NCBI RefSeq assembly: GCF_009914755.1
Contig: NC_060947.1
Length of the DNA: 64,000 bases
Strand: one strand, 5' to 3'
From: the human T2T-CHM13v2.0 reference genome, Homo sapiens
Made by a program: the position numbers and the translations under genes. How positions within the stretch are numbered: the first letter of the stretch is position 1; the number at the start of each line of letters is the position of its first letter. The notes beneath the pieces are model-generated. The model was not told the origin of the DNA and made no database searches. It saw only the letters and a list, made by a program, of their open reading frames with translations. This document shows, one piece after another, positions 1-16,873 of this stretch.

Positions 1-88
1 ATAGTTGAACCAAAGAATCGTGAACAAATAAATAGCTGTCATTTTAAGCTACTACATCTTGGGGTAGTTTGTTACACAGCAAAAGTTA
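1..88 (+). mobile_element. MLT1-family (ERVL-MaLR) LTR 3' end, cut by window edge
   Basis: AATAAA followed by TTTTAAGCTACTA...GGGGTAGTTTGTTACACAGCAA matches the MLT1 LTR terminus. Confidence 0.7.
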
Positions 89-619
89 TGGCTGCTAAGA
101 AGGATCCTTGATCTAGTCTGGAACTTCCTGGAAGAAGGGACATGAGGAAGCAGCACCTGAACTAAATTTTTTTGAAAATAGATGAAGTTTTTATTTGGAC
201 ACAAATTCTTACCACCACCATGTTTTAAATAAAATGACTGATATTAACTTTAGTGTCCTTGGAACAAGTCTATAATAAGAATATAGGATAAGAATATAAG
301 AATATCGCCATTTAGTCTGGTGATGTTCTTTCTAATTTTGAAACCACTCTTAAAATTTACCATTTCTTCCAGGAAGCTTTCTCAAATTCTTTGGAAAAGT
401 TTCCTCATAGCTTTCCATAAGAAGAAGCCTCAATTAGGCAATTGTTATGTGCCTACCTCTCTTTATAAAATATCTCTCATGGCCCAGGAAGGAGCAGGAT
501 GCTGATGATAAACACACCAATTTGAGCACTCACTAACAATTGGGCAAGTTTCCATTTTTGTACATATCCTTATACTAAATATGCTCATTTCATGAGACAG
601 AATTATGTGTTTGTATACA

Positions 620-748
620 TGCATGATAATGTAGTCATTTATGTAAAGGGTATTATGTTTATGAATTAAACATAGATATAGTATGGTAATGTTTATGTAA
701 AGGGCATTATGTTTATGAATTAAAATAAACATATATATAGCATAATAA
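620..748. repeat. Local tandem duplication, period about 54 bp
   Basis: TTTATGTAAAGGG(T/C)ATTATGTTTATGAATTAAA at 638-670 and 692-724. Confidence 0.85.
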
Positions 749-772
749 GGAATATTAGAAAGCTTTCAGCTG

Positions 773-1395
773 ATGCAGTAATTTTCTGTTGCTGTATAAT
801 AAACTTTGCTACTTAAAATACCCATTTATTAGCTTGTAATTCTGTAAGTCAAAAGCCTGGCTTAGCATGACTGGGTTCTCTGCCCAGGGTCTTATAAGGC
901 TGAAATCAAAGTGTCAGCTGGGATGAGGTTTTCTTTGGAGGTTCTGAAGAAAAATATGTTTCCAAGTTCATTTTTGTTGCTGGCAGAATTCAGCTCCTTG
1001 CAGCAGTAGAGATGAGGCCCCCGTTCCTTGCTGCTGGCTGTTAGCCAGGGGCTGCTCTTAGTTTCTAGAGGCTGTACACATTTCTTTACACGACTGTACA
1101 CATTTCATTACACGTGGTGCCTTCCATTTTCAAGTCAGAAACAGCACATTAGTTCCTTCGTATATTTCAAATCTTTGACTTCCTCTATACCCAGATTTAA
1201 AGGGCTTGTTAATTAGATCGGACACACCTAATAATCTCTGTGTTTTAAGGTCAACTAATTTGGGATCTTAATTATATCTGTAAAACCCCTCCATAACAGT
1301 CTCTAGATCAGTGTTTGATGGAATAACTAGCAGGATTATGCACAGCCAGGACTGGAACTCTTGGGGTCTTGGGATTTAGAATTCTCCCTACCACA
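773..1395 (-). mobile_element. MLT1E-family solo LTR
   Basis: Minus strand starts TGTGGTAGGGAGAATTCTAAA and contains ATCAAACACTGATCTAG and AGTTGACCTTAA, typical of MLT1E. Confidence 0.8.
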
Positions 1396-1399
1396 CCTT

Positions 1400-2122
1400 T
1401 GTACTGGAATATTCTTTGGATAGTCTCCCTGATTCCATTTTGCCTTCTATATTGTATTTTCAACACAACAGCCAGAAAAGTCCTATTTAGCACCTCCCTG
1501 TTGAACATCTTCCCGTAGCTCCCTGTTGAACATCTTCCCATAGCTCCCTGTTGAACATCTTCCCATAGCTCCCCATCCCACTCAGAGCAAAAGCCAGTGT
1601 CCTCACTATGGTGAACAATTCATAATCTATCCCCTATTTCCTCTTGATCTCATATCCCACTAACCTACCCCCTAGCTCACTGCTTCAGGCACACTGACCT
1701 TCTTGCTGTTTCCCAAATATAGAGGGCATGTGCTCTGGGCCCCTGCAATGATTGTTTTCTGTGACTGGAATGTTCTGCCCTCAGATAGCCACTTGACTAC
1801 CTTCTCTAAATCCTTATTCAAATCTTATCTTCTCAGCAAAGCCTGGTCATTACCACTCTGACCTAGGCTCTCATCAATACCCTGACCTGATTCAACTTTC
1901 TAATTTTTTTTTTGTTTCCCCGCAGTACTTTATTACCTTATAGCAACACTATCATTTATATCAAACTCTATTATGGATTATGTTTATTGTATATTATCTG
2001 TTTCCCTTAGCTTGATTATAAGCTCCATGAAGGCAGGGTTCTTTATCTGGCTTGCTCCCTTCAATAGCATCTAGCTCACAGTATATTCTCAATAAATATT
2101 TGTTGATTGAATAATGAATGAA
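1400..2122 (+). mobile_element. L2 (L2a-like) 3' fragment
   Basis: TAAGCTCCATGAAGGCAGG and terminal CTCAATAAATATTTGTTGATTGAATAATGAATGAA. Confidence 0.8.
1494..1573. repeat. Minisatellite, 3.2 copies of a 25-bp unit inside L2
   Basis: CTCCCTGTTGAACATCTTCCC(G/A)TAG at 1494, 1519 and 1544. Confidence 0.95.
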
Positions 2123-3435
2123 CATCTACATCTCTAGAGTTGGGTCACTGAGAACTATCCATCTAACCTTTATCTAAGATATGAAAAGAATAAAAGGGAA
2201 CCTACCTAGCCAGGCGCCCCCCCGTTTTTTTTTTTTACTGGTTATTCTTTACCACAGAGAATCCGGCTGCATATAGTATGTTATTCTAATATAATAACAT
2301 TTTATAAGTTTCACTTCTCTGATAGTATCAAGTAGTGTTACATTTCTTTTTCTTTGATATATATTTCTTACAGAGTAATCTAATCAAAGATATAATAATA
2401 AAATAAAATAGTGGTTTAGATAAGAGGGCATCAAGACAGACTATTTTTACCTCAGCTTTGCTTCCTCAGCACTGTCACAACTAATTTGGGGGTTTCTCGG
2501 TGTGCTGACGCAAGCCTCCATTGTCCCTTCTCGCTTCTCCAGTTTTTTAGGATGCAGGCTTATTCTCTGAATTCTGATAAAGGTGTCTAAAGATCTTCTC
2601 ATCTGGACTCTATACAGCAGCTCTGGACCAAAGGTACAGCCCCACACTCTTCCACAGGAGCCCAAATGCCAGAAAATTAGCACCTTTTTCTTTATCTAGC
2701 AAGAACTGAGTAAGGTTTTATTTTCCTTGATCTTAAGGTGTCATTAAAGACTATCTGTGCATTTGAATCTAAGGATTGCTTTGAACTTCATCTAGGACTT
2801 AAGAGGCCATGAACTCCAATCTGAAACAAACTACAAACTAAAGCAAACCATTTTCCATCCTTTATCACAAAATGGGGACTGGGACTGCAGTTTGCTTTCC
2901 AAAAATGACTATAACTTAAAGAAACTGGAATATCAAATATATTCCAGATTACACATGGATTGGTCTCATAAAATCTTAGAGTTCTGCGTTAGTAGAGCAT
3001 GGGGCCTCAGCAATCTTGTTAGAGATGAGAAAACTGATGTTGATGAAGATTAATCCACTTTTCAAGAGCCACTTGAAGTAGATGTCACTTCTTACATGAA
3101 CCCCTTATGGTTTGCCATTAGGTGTAAATGGCCTCTCTTCCTTACTTCCACGACGCTTTCTTGCTTCCATGCCACTTTCAATCATTGCATTCTGACATGG
3201 GGCTTAGTGATCAGGGCCCATGTGTACTTGCTCTAACAAACTGTACTATAAATTCCTTTTGGAGAAGGCCATATGTTTTTCAACTTTGCATGACCCGTAT
3301 GACTTAAACAGAAGAGCCCGTAAGTAGTTATTGTGGAAGTACTGTAAAGAGACAGTGTTCAGTGGCTCCTGATTCTCTGTGATCAAGGTAAGAATTAGTG
3401 TTGGAGTTTGTCTTAATAAGGAAGGGTCTCTAAAG

Positions 3436-3555
3436 CAGGGACCTCAAACTTTGCTACACATTAGAATCAGTTGAGGAGATTTCACAGGTTTCCCAGACCC
3501 TACCACAAATTAAACCAAACTATCTGGGCATAGGGTCCAGACATCAGCATTTTTT
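3436..3555. mobile_element. MER5B-like hAT MITE, left part (split by L1PA)
   Basis: CTCAAACTTTGCTACACATTAGAATC...; the element continues at 7942-8010. Confidence 0.7.
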
Positions 3556-7941
<4,386 letters not shown>

Positions 7942-8010
7942 CCAGACATCAACATTTTTTAAAGCTGCTCAAGTGATTCTAATGTGTAGCCAGGGCTGTG
8001 AACTGTAACT
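7942..8010. mobile_element. MER5B-like MITE, right part
   Basis: TTTTAAAGCTGCTCAAGTGATTCTAATGTGTAGCCAGGGCTG. Confidence 0.7.
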
Positions 8011-8039
8011 CTAAATTTTACTGTTATGTGGGGAAGTGT

Positions 8040-8480
8040 TTTCACTATGTTTACTATGTGTCATTTAAAGTTCACATCAACCCAACGAAGTAGGTACTAT
8101 TATTATCCCTACTTTATAGATGAGGATACTAAGGCACAGAAGGGTTAAATACCTTGCTCAAGGTCATACAGAGCTAGACCTTAAACTAGAGCTAGATCTC
8201 GAACCCAGGCAGTCTGGCTCCAAGTTGGTGTGTTTAATCATTATGCCATACCACTTTTCATAGTGAACAATTATTGAGCTCCTTTTAGATGCCTTTCATT
8301 GTGCTAAACGCTTTACATAGATTATCTCATGACATCCATATGAGGTAAGTAGTATTTTGCATCACCAATTTATATGTAGGGAAACTAAAACATAAATAGC
8401 TTAAGCAGTTTGTGGACAGTTACATTTGTAGCCAGTGAAGAACCCAGATTTAAATCAGTAGTCAATTCAAATCCTCTAAA
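8040..8480 (-). mobile_element. Two adjacent MIR SINEs (about 8040-8252 and 8268-8480)
   Basis: MIR core ATTATCCCTACTTTATAGATGAGGATACTAAGGCACAGA and GAACCCAGGCAGTCTGGCTCCA. Confidence 0.8.
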
Positions 8481-8979
8481 AGGAAGAACTAAGAATTTTA
8501 AGTCCCATCACATTGTCCATACTATGCTAATTATAGGCGGTAGCCCTTATTTGTGAAATAAGTTATTTTCTAGACTGTGAAATCCCTGTCTTTTGGCTAT
8601 GCATACTGAATTCACTGTATATTACATGCAGTTCACATATTGTTTATCATTTTATTGAAGAGGCAATGCTTGCCTGATTGCCCTTTCTCTTTCATATTAG
8701 GAATAATTTATAATGGTTCCTGAGGCTTCCAGTATGCACCCTGGATTTGTTGACAAGCACATTCCTCCTCAGCACACTTTCTCAGTTTAACTCAGTTGCT
8801 GTTTATTGCCTCTATCAGCTGTAGCCATTTTAACCATCATTTTCATCAATTCACAGCATGTGAGATTATGTTAAGAGCCCAACCAGGTATAAGACATTAA
8901 CTGTCATTCAGTGGCAACTAAAAGGTTGAAGGAAAGCACATTGGATGATCATTGACAATAAAATGGTTAAAAAGATTGT

Positions 8980-9365
8980 AGCCTATTCATTCAATAAAAT
9001 AATAGATGTAAATAAAAATGAAGGAACTGCAGTCACACATAACAAGAGATGAATCTCTCAAATCTAATGTTGGGGAAAAGTTACCAAGAACAAAAGAATA
9101 TTTGCTGCATAATTTTATGCTTATTCAGTTGAAAAAGAGCAGGGAAAGTTAATCTATGGTACTCAAACCAGAATTATGATTGGATTTGGAAATTAGGGAA
9201 AGTAGCGATTGAGAGGGACCATGAAGAGCTAGGTTTTCAGGAGCAAGTAATGTTCTATCTCTTGACCTGGGTAGTGGTTACATGGTTATGTTCGTTTTGT
9301 GGTGATTCATTAAACTATACACTTGTGATCTGGGTACTTCTCAATATTTAAAAAAATAAGTTAAA
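8980..9365 (+). mobile_element. Ancient L1 (L1ME-like) 3'UTR fragment
   Basis: GATGAATCTC...TGTTCTATCTCTTGACCTGGGTAGTGGTTACATGG...ATTCATTAAACTATACACTT. Confidence 0.7.
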
Positions 9366-9449
9366 AACGGATTGCAACAATAATGAATCCAAATAGAGAA
9401 CACTCACATAATTTAGGAAGTTTCCTCTTTTTCCTTTTCCAGAATAAAA

Positions 9450-9665
9450 ATAATACAAGCTGATATTTATTCACTCTATGTGCCAGACCTGCTTCTAAGT
9501 GCTTTTTATTCATATATTATTTAATCTTCTCAACCCTATAAGATAGATATTATTGGTCTTAGATAAGTAAATTGAGTCTAAACTTTACAACTAATAAGTG
9601 CCAAAGCCAGAATCCAAACTTCACTGGACCCTAAACCCTATTCCTTTTTCACTATGCTGCTCTCC
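9450..9665 (-). mobile_element. MIR
   Basis: CTATGTGCCAGAC...TTCTAAGTGCTT...ATTTAATCTTCTCAACCCTATAAG. Confidence 0.65.
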
Positions 9666-10409
9666 TTCCCATTTTATAGTGACTAATATCCCTTCAACCT
9701 TTAAAATGTATGTCCTCCATGCCAGTTACAGCTTGTACGCTTAAGGGTTGATTGATGGGACTGGAGGGTTTTGGCAGCCTAGAGATTCTTTCCATATTTA
9801 AGTTCACAATTTTGAGTAATCACAGTAAATCCTCCATCTAGTTCTGAATTCTCACTGGAACAGTCCCACCTTTTATCTTTAGCTTCCCATTGCTGTTTCC
9901 TACTCACTTCCTGAACAACTCTTTCGTATGGAAAGGGTTATTAAGAGCTTTCTGTCATTGGAGAGAATCTGAAGGTAGGTACAAGATATTAAACAGAAAT
10001 TGGCACCTAATAATGTTTCTTGCCCTATGTAACCCTAAGTAAAAGAGTTCTTAAAAAATGAATTAATATTTTGTAATTGGCTCATATGGAAGACCGTTTC
10101 GTTTTACAATGAACTTTGTTAGTTCCAAACCGTATGTGTAGATTTCTCTTTTTGTGGGACTCTGTAGAAAGTATGCTGGACAAATACGGAAATAGCATTG
10201 ATTATAGGATTAGTCTAATATAATTTCAACAGGCAAGAATTAGGTAATGGTCATAGACACAGCAGTCCAGACTTTCAAGTATAGTGAGGGTATCGTGGTT
10301 TGACAGCACCAAGACGTAAATTCATTTTGGGGTATACTAATGTCCAGGCATATTGGGGATTGCTTGTTGGGCCAGGCATAATGGGGATTACATGAGGACA
10401 AAGATGATT

Positions 10410-11330
10410 CTTTTACTCATTTATTTAGTTTTTAAAATATTTACAATATATTCTGAATTCTAAGACATACTTTTTCACCTTTTCACATTTCTGAGTTTGG
10501 GTTGCGTCTTAAAATTGAAGGCAAAATAGAATTTAATTAGAGATGTTTGCCTTAGTGGCATATAAAATAATGGTGCATCTTATGATTGCTGGCATCTTAG
10601 ATTTAATGAACTACTATCCTAAGCTTCTAGAGCCAGCCACAGTGCTTGGCACTGGGCATACAGAAGTGAGTAAGACAGACATGTTCTCAGCCCTCAGAGA
10701 GCTCACATCCCACTGTAGAGACAAATATTAAGCACAAATTAATAGATAATGCTTATTAAGAAGTAACTCTGTGTGTCATGAGAACATGTAAGAAGGAAAC
10801 TGGTGCTTTTCCAGTTTTCCCAAGGAAGTGAAGGCTAAGTGGGATTTTAAGGCTTAATAATAGGTACCTATATAAAGGTGGCAGAGGACAACCCCAGAAA
10901 GGGAAACTGGTCTGTAGGATTTGAAGTTGGAATGAGCCAGTAAACTTCAGAGAATTAGAAAGAAAGACTGTGTGGCTGGAATGTAGAGGACAAAAGGGGA
11001 AATGGCAAACAGGGAGGCACATAGGTCACACAGGACCTCATGGGCCCTAGCAGGAAGTTTGAGTTTCCTCATTATGGGGATGTAACATAATCCAATTAAT
11101 TTGTTTAAAAGGGCTGCACTGATTACTGTGTAGAGTAAGATTTGAGAGGGGATAGGGTGGATGTAGGGAAACTAGTTGGGGAGCTACAGCTATAACAAGG
11201 GAGAGGTAGCTTAGGCGAGATACTGGCTGTCGGAATGAAGATAAATGAATGGATTCAAGATAAATATTGAAGGTAGAATTAATGGGACATAGCAATTGAT
11301 TATATATAAGGAATTGGTGGAGACAGAAAT
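10410..11330 (-). mobile_element. L2 3' region, interrupted by MER104
   Basis: CTGGGCATACAGAAGTGAGTAAGACAGAC...GCCCTCAGAGAGCTCACA and GGATTCAAGATAAATATTGAAGGTAGAA. Confidence 0.75.
10444..10615. mobile_element. MER104-like TcMar (Tc2) MITE
   Basis: ATTCTAAGACATACTTTTTCAC...AAAATAATGGTGCATCTTA...CATCTTAGATT, with degenerate terminal inverted repeats. Confidence 0.65.
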
Positions 11331-12876
11331 GGGGCCAAAGCCAACTACTGAAGACACATCATAAGGGATGAAAAAATGAAGACCCATAGGCTTGACCGAA
11401 GGACAACACATCAGGGTTGGAAGGAATTGGGGCTTTGAGTACAACCTGGTGTCTTGTAACTCAGGCATGAATAATAGAGAAGGAAGGCTGTGAGGAACAG
11501 TGAAAAGCCTTCCCCATAAAGCACTGGGAGCACAAGAAGCACTGATTTGTAGCTTACTTACCAATTAGTGTCATTAGGTACCGAAGCATACTTCCCCATT
11601 TAGGGCTATTGTTGGAGCACAGTGTGATTCAGTAGTGCCCATCTGAACCAGAAAAGTAGTGGGAGAGTTCATTGCCTGTGGTTTTCATCAACAGGAAACA
11701 GTAACTGCAGCCCTACCTCTGTGACACCACCATAGGTTCATGACCATCAGCCTTTGGCAGAAAACACCACTCAGGGGTTTTTAAATTGAGATGTTTAGAC
11801 CATTTCGATTTCCTATGACTGTTGATATGTTTAGGTTTAAACCTACCATTTTGCTATTTGTCTTTCATTTGTCCCATTTGTTCTTTGTAAACTTTTCCTA
11901 CCTTCTTTTGGATATCGTATTTTTTAATGCATGTAGCCTTTGTTAGCCTATTGTCCATAACTCTTTTTGTGTTTTTTAAATGCTTTAGGGTTTATAGTAC
12001 ATATATTTTACTTATCACAGTCTACCTTCAACTAATATTATATCCCTTCTCATATAGTATAAGAGCCCTACAAGGCAAACTTCTATTTCTTCTCCTCCAG
12101 CTTTTGTACAATTGTTGTCATATATTTTATTTCTTTATATATCATAAACCCCACAGTTCATTTTTATTATTTTTGTCTAAACAGCCAATTATCTTTTAAA
12201 TTATTCCACTAATTTGAAAAAATCTTCTGTATTCACCTTGGTAGTTACCATTTCCAATGTACTTCATTTCTTGGGTAGATACATAATTCCATCTGGTATC
12301 ATTTTTCTTTTACCCATGTGAATTATTTTAACATTTTTTATAGTACAAGTTTGCTGGCTGTAAATTATTTCAGCTTTTATACGTCTGAAAAGTCTTTTAT
12401 TTCATGTTTGTTTTAAAAAGATATTTTTATTGGTTATAAAATATTAGATGGACCTTTTTTCCCCCTAATAAGTAGCTTAAAGATGTTTCTCTAATTGTCT
12501 TCACACTTGCACTGTTTCCAATTTAAAAATCTGCTGTCATCTTATATTTCTTCCTGTGTACATAATTTGTCTTTTTTCCTCTGGTAATTTTAACTATTTT
12601 CATTTTTATCTGGTTTTGAGCAATTTAATTATGATGTGGCTCAGTGTAATTTTCTTAATGTTTCTTGTGCTTGGAGTTCATCAAGCTTCTTAGATTTGCA
12701 GATTTATAGTTTTCATCAAATTTGGAAAAAATGTATCCATTAGTTTCTCAAATAATTTTTCTGTACCCTTTTCTGTATCCTCTCCTTCAAAGACTTAAAT
12801 TACATGTACATCAGGCTATTTGACATTGTTATACAGCTTACTAAGCATCTGTTCTCTTTTTGGTCCTTTATTTTTC

Positions 12877-13332
12877 CTCTTAGTCCATTTGTGCTGCTAT
12901 AACAAAATACCACAGACTGGGTAATTTACACAGAACAGAAATGTATTGCTCACAGTTATGAAGGCTGCAAAGTTCAAGATCATGGCATTGGCAGGTTTGT
13001 CGTCTGGTGAAGGTTTGGTCTCTGCTTTTTTTTTTTTTTTTTTAATACCTTAAGTTCTAGGGTACATGTGCACAACGTGTGGGCGGTCTCTGCTTTTAAG
13101 ATAGTGCTTTGCACACTGTGTCCTCTGGAAGGGAGGAACACTGTGCCCTCACATGGCAGAATGCAGAATGGCAAAAGAGGATGAACTCCTTCCATCAAGC
13201 CCCTTTATAAGGGCACCTAATTCCATTCATGAGGGTGGAGTCCTCATTACTCAATCACTTCCCAATACTGTTGCACTGGGAATTAAGTTTCAACATAAAT
13301 TTTGGAGAGGACAAAACATTCAAATCATAGCA
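12877..13332 (-). mobile_element. MSTD/MLT1A-type MaLR solo LTR nested in L1M
   Basis: TTAGTCCATTTGTGCTGCTATAACAAAATACCACAGACTGGGTAATTTA ... AAACATTCAAATCATAGCA. Confidence 0.85.
13030..13084 (-). mobile_element. Ultra-short L1PA 3' end with poly(A) and 13-bp TSD
   Basis: T-run followed by TAAGTTCTAGGGTACATGTGCACAACGTG; TSD GGTCTCTGCTTTT at 13017-13029 and 13085-13097. Confidence 0.92.
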
Positions 13333-14022
13333 CTCTGTTTCATTTTAGTTTTTACTGTCTTATTTTCAAATTCATTAACCTTTTCTTTTGCAATGTCTAA
13401 TTTGCTGTTAATCTCAATTCAGTATATTTTCCATCTCAGACACAGTACTCATCTCTAGAAATTTGATTTGGGTCTTTTTTATGTCTTCCATGTCTCTTGT
13501 TAACCTAGTCATTCTTTTATCTAGCTTTTTGAACATATAGAATGTAGTTATAGTAGGATTTGATGTCCTTGTCTGCTAATTCTAATATCTGTGTCAATTC
13601 TGGGTTGGCTGCAATTGGTTTCTTTTTCTCTTAATCATGTGTGTTAATTTCTTGCTTCTTTGTATGCCTGGTAACTTTTTATTAGATTCCAGACATTGTG
13701 GTTTTTATCTTGTTGGGTGGTGGATATACATATAATTGAAACTTTCTGGGACAGTTACTTGGAACAATTTGATTTTTTTTTGTCTTGCTCTTAGGATTTT
13801 TTAGATAGGCAAGACCCCTTTGAGCACTCTATTTAATACCTTATGAATGATCAACTTTTCCAGTCTGGCTTATGGAAACAAGAACTGAGAACTGCAAGTT
13901 CTGTTTTCTCTAATTCTTTTGAAGATTCTTCCCCTAGCCTCAGTTACTCTTCTCACATGCATGCACTTATCAGTACTTTGCTGAGTGCTCCAGAGGAATC
14001 CTCTGCAGACCTCTGGAGTTCA

Positions 14023-14548
14023 CACATACATATACACCCTATAGACAGAGGGAGAGAGTGTATGTGTGTGTATATATTGTCTTGTGTGTGTAGACATATA
14101 TAGACATACATATGTATATGTATATATATAGACATACATATGTATATGTATATATATAGACATACATATGTATATGTATATATATAGACATACATATGTA
14201 TATGTCTATATAGACATACATATACATATGTCTATATAGACATACATATATGTATGTCTATATAGACATATATATCTATATATACACATATACGTATATA
14301 TAGACATATACGTATATGTGTATATATAGACATATACGTATATGTGTATATATAGACATATACGTATATGTGTATATACGTATATGTGTATATATAGACA
14401 TATACGTATATGTGTATATATAGACATATACGTATATGTGTATATATAGACATATACGTATATGTGTATATATAGACATATATATGTATATGTGTATATA
14501 TGTATATGTATATATGTATATACAATGTATATGAAGACAATATATACA
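14023..14548. repeat. Complex (TA/CA/TG)n micro/minisatellite with 26-28 bp higher-order units
   Basis: Repeats of TATAGACATACATATGTATATGTATATA, then of TATAGACATATACGTATATGTGTATA. Confidence 0.95.
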
Positions 14549-15497
14549 AGTGTCTTCATTCTGGTACTCTTCTCTGTGAACTTCAGCTTCTGTGGACTCA
14601 ACAGACCCTCAGATCCATCTTTTCAATTCTGGGAATTGGTTGGGCTCTGCTTAGATTCCTCCTCCTTGCATCATGACCTAGAAACTTTCTCTAGACAGTA
14701 AACTGGAACAATAGTAGGCCTAACCTCATTTGTTTCCTACCTTTCAGGGATCACTGCCCTTTTTTACTTGATGTCTTTTGCCTTAAAAACCATTTTCCAA
14801 ATATATTTTAACCAAATTTTTTAGTTGATTCAGGATGGAGGGTAAATGTGGTCCCTGTTACTCCATCTTGACGTTAAGTGGCAATCACTGCCATGGTTTT
14901 GAATCCTTGATTTCTTTTTAAAATTTGACATGGAATGTGAATAAATTGAATGTGACAATGTAGATAATTGAAATAATTATCACAACTAGCATTAGCTTGT
15001 AAATGCTTAGTTCAGTTGTTCTAATCAATGAAGACTATTTATTAAATATATCATCCATGAACTCTAAGACTGAGAACAAATTTTTGTAAAGGAATTAATA
15101 ATTGGTATGTACAGTAATAAATATTAATATTCTAATAGAAATCAGTTTTGTTCTACAAAATGTTTCATCAAAAGGTTTGTTTCAAGGTAATATTGTTCAA
15201 CATATTTAGGCTTATAATTGCTGATTCTTAACTCTTTTTAAATAATACACTGTAGACTGCTTTGGGGGGTAGGGGACCTTATTCCCATCCAGCAACCTCT
15301 TTCTACATGTCAACGAACCATTTTTCTTAATGGTTCATACTTAACGCCATGGATGCTGCCACTAAATCACATATTCACTTTAATTTGGTTTAAATCAATT
15401 TAATAAATATTCAAGGTACACATACTGTATTAGGTATTAAATAGGTCAAAAAGATAATAAGATAGTTTCTTCCCCATGAGGAATTTATGATCTAGTA

Positions 15498-15660
15498 CAA
15501 GAGTCAGCAAACATCATCTGCAAAGGACCACATAGTAAATATTTTAGGCTTGCAAGCCATAAGGTCTCTGTCACAATTATTCAACTCTGCAGTTGTTACA
15601 CAAAGACAGCCATAGACAACATGAAAACAAATGAGCATGGTTATGTTCCAATAAAACCCT
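15498..15660 (-). mobile_element. MER58A hAT MITE (partial), inside an L2 fragment
   Basis: ATAGTAAATATTTTAGGCTT...CAGCCATAGACAA...TGTTCCAATAAAAC. Confidence 0.8.
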
Positions 15661-15795
15661 GATCCAATGGAAAAAAGCAGAGAAACACAACATAGAACAA
15701 TAGATATATCACAAAGATGACCAGAAACAAGTGTCATGGGATGTCAAAGAAGGGAGATTCATATCTTAATACTTGATTTGTAAATACAATGAATT

Positions 15796-16102
15796 GGCTA
15801 GGTGCAGCACCTCACGCCTATAATCCCAGCACTTTGGGAGGCTGAGTTGGGAGGACTGCTTGAGGCCAAGAGTTTGAGACCAGCCTGAGCAACATGATGA
15901 GACCCTGACTCCACAAAAAATAAAAAATTAACTGGGTGTGGTGGTGAACACCTGTAGTCTCAGCTACTTGAAAGGCTGAGGCAGGAGGATAGCTTGAGCC
16001 TAGTTGTTCAAGGTTATAGTAAGCTATGCTTGCACCACTGCACTGCAGCCTGAGTGACAGAGTGAGACTGTATCTCTAAAACAACAACAACAACAACAAC
16101 AA
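15796..16102 (+). mobile_element. AluJ with (AAC)n tail
   Basis: Dimeric Alu with J-type GGAGGACTGCTTGAGGCCAAGAGTTTGAG and GGAGGATAGCTTGAGCC. Confidence 0.92.
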
Positions 16103-16178
16103 ATGAATGATTTAAGAGAGGCAGCAATATCTAAGCTGATGTATTTAGACAGAATTACGAAAAGCAGGAATGACAGGG

Positions 16179-16873
<695 letters not shown>

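Larger units (their letters stand above)
11776..14886 (-). mobile_element. Ancient L1M (L1MC4/L1MD-like) 5' region carrying nested insertions
   Basis: T-rich antisense L1M ORF1 region; ends GGTCCCTGTTACTCCATCTTG, the reverse complement of an L1MC/MD 5' end. Confidence 0.75.

Noticed and set aside
1494-1573. 25-bp direct repeats considered as a CRISPR-like array
   Set aside because: Head-to-tail with no spacers, in primate DNA with no cas genes.
10344-10389. 18-bp near-perfect direct repeat CCAGGCATA(T/A)TGGGGATT
   Set aside because: Only 10 bp between copies; a trivial local duplication, not a TSD of a recognisable element.
13953-14701. Multiple Tyr/Ile/His/Thr-rich ORFs
   Set aside because: Translation artefacts of the (TA/CA/TG)n array.
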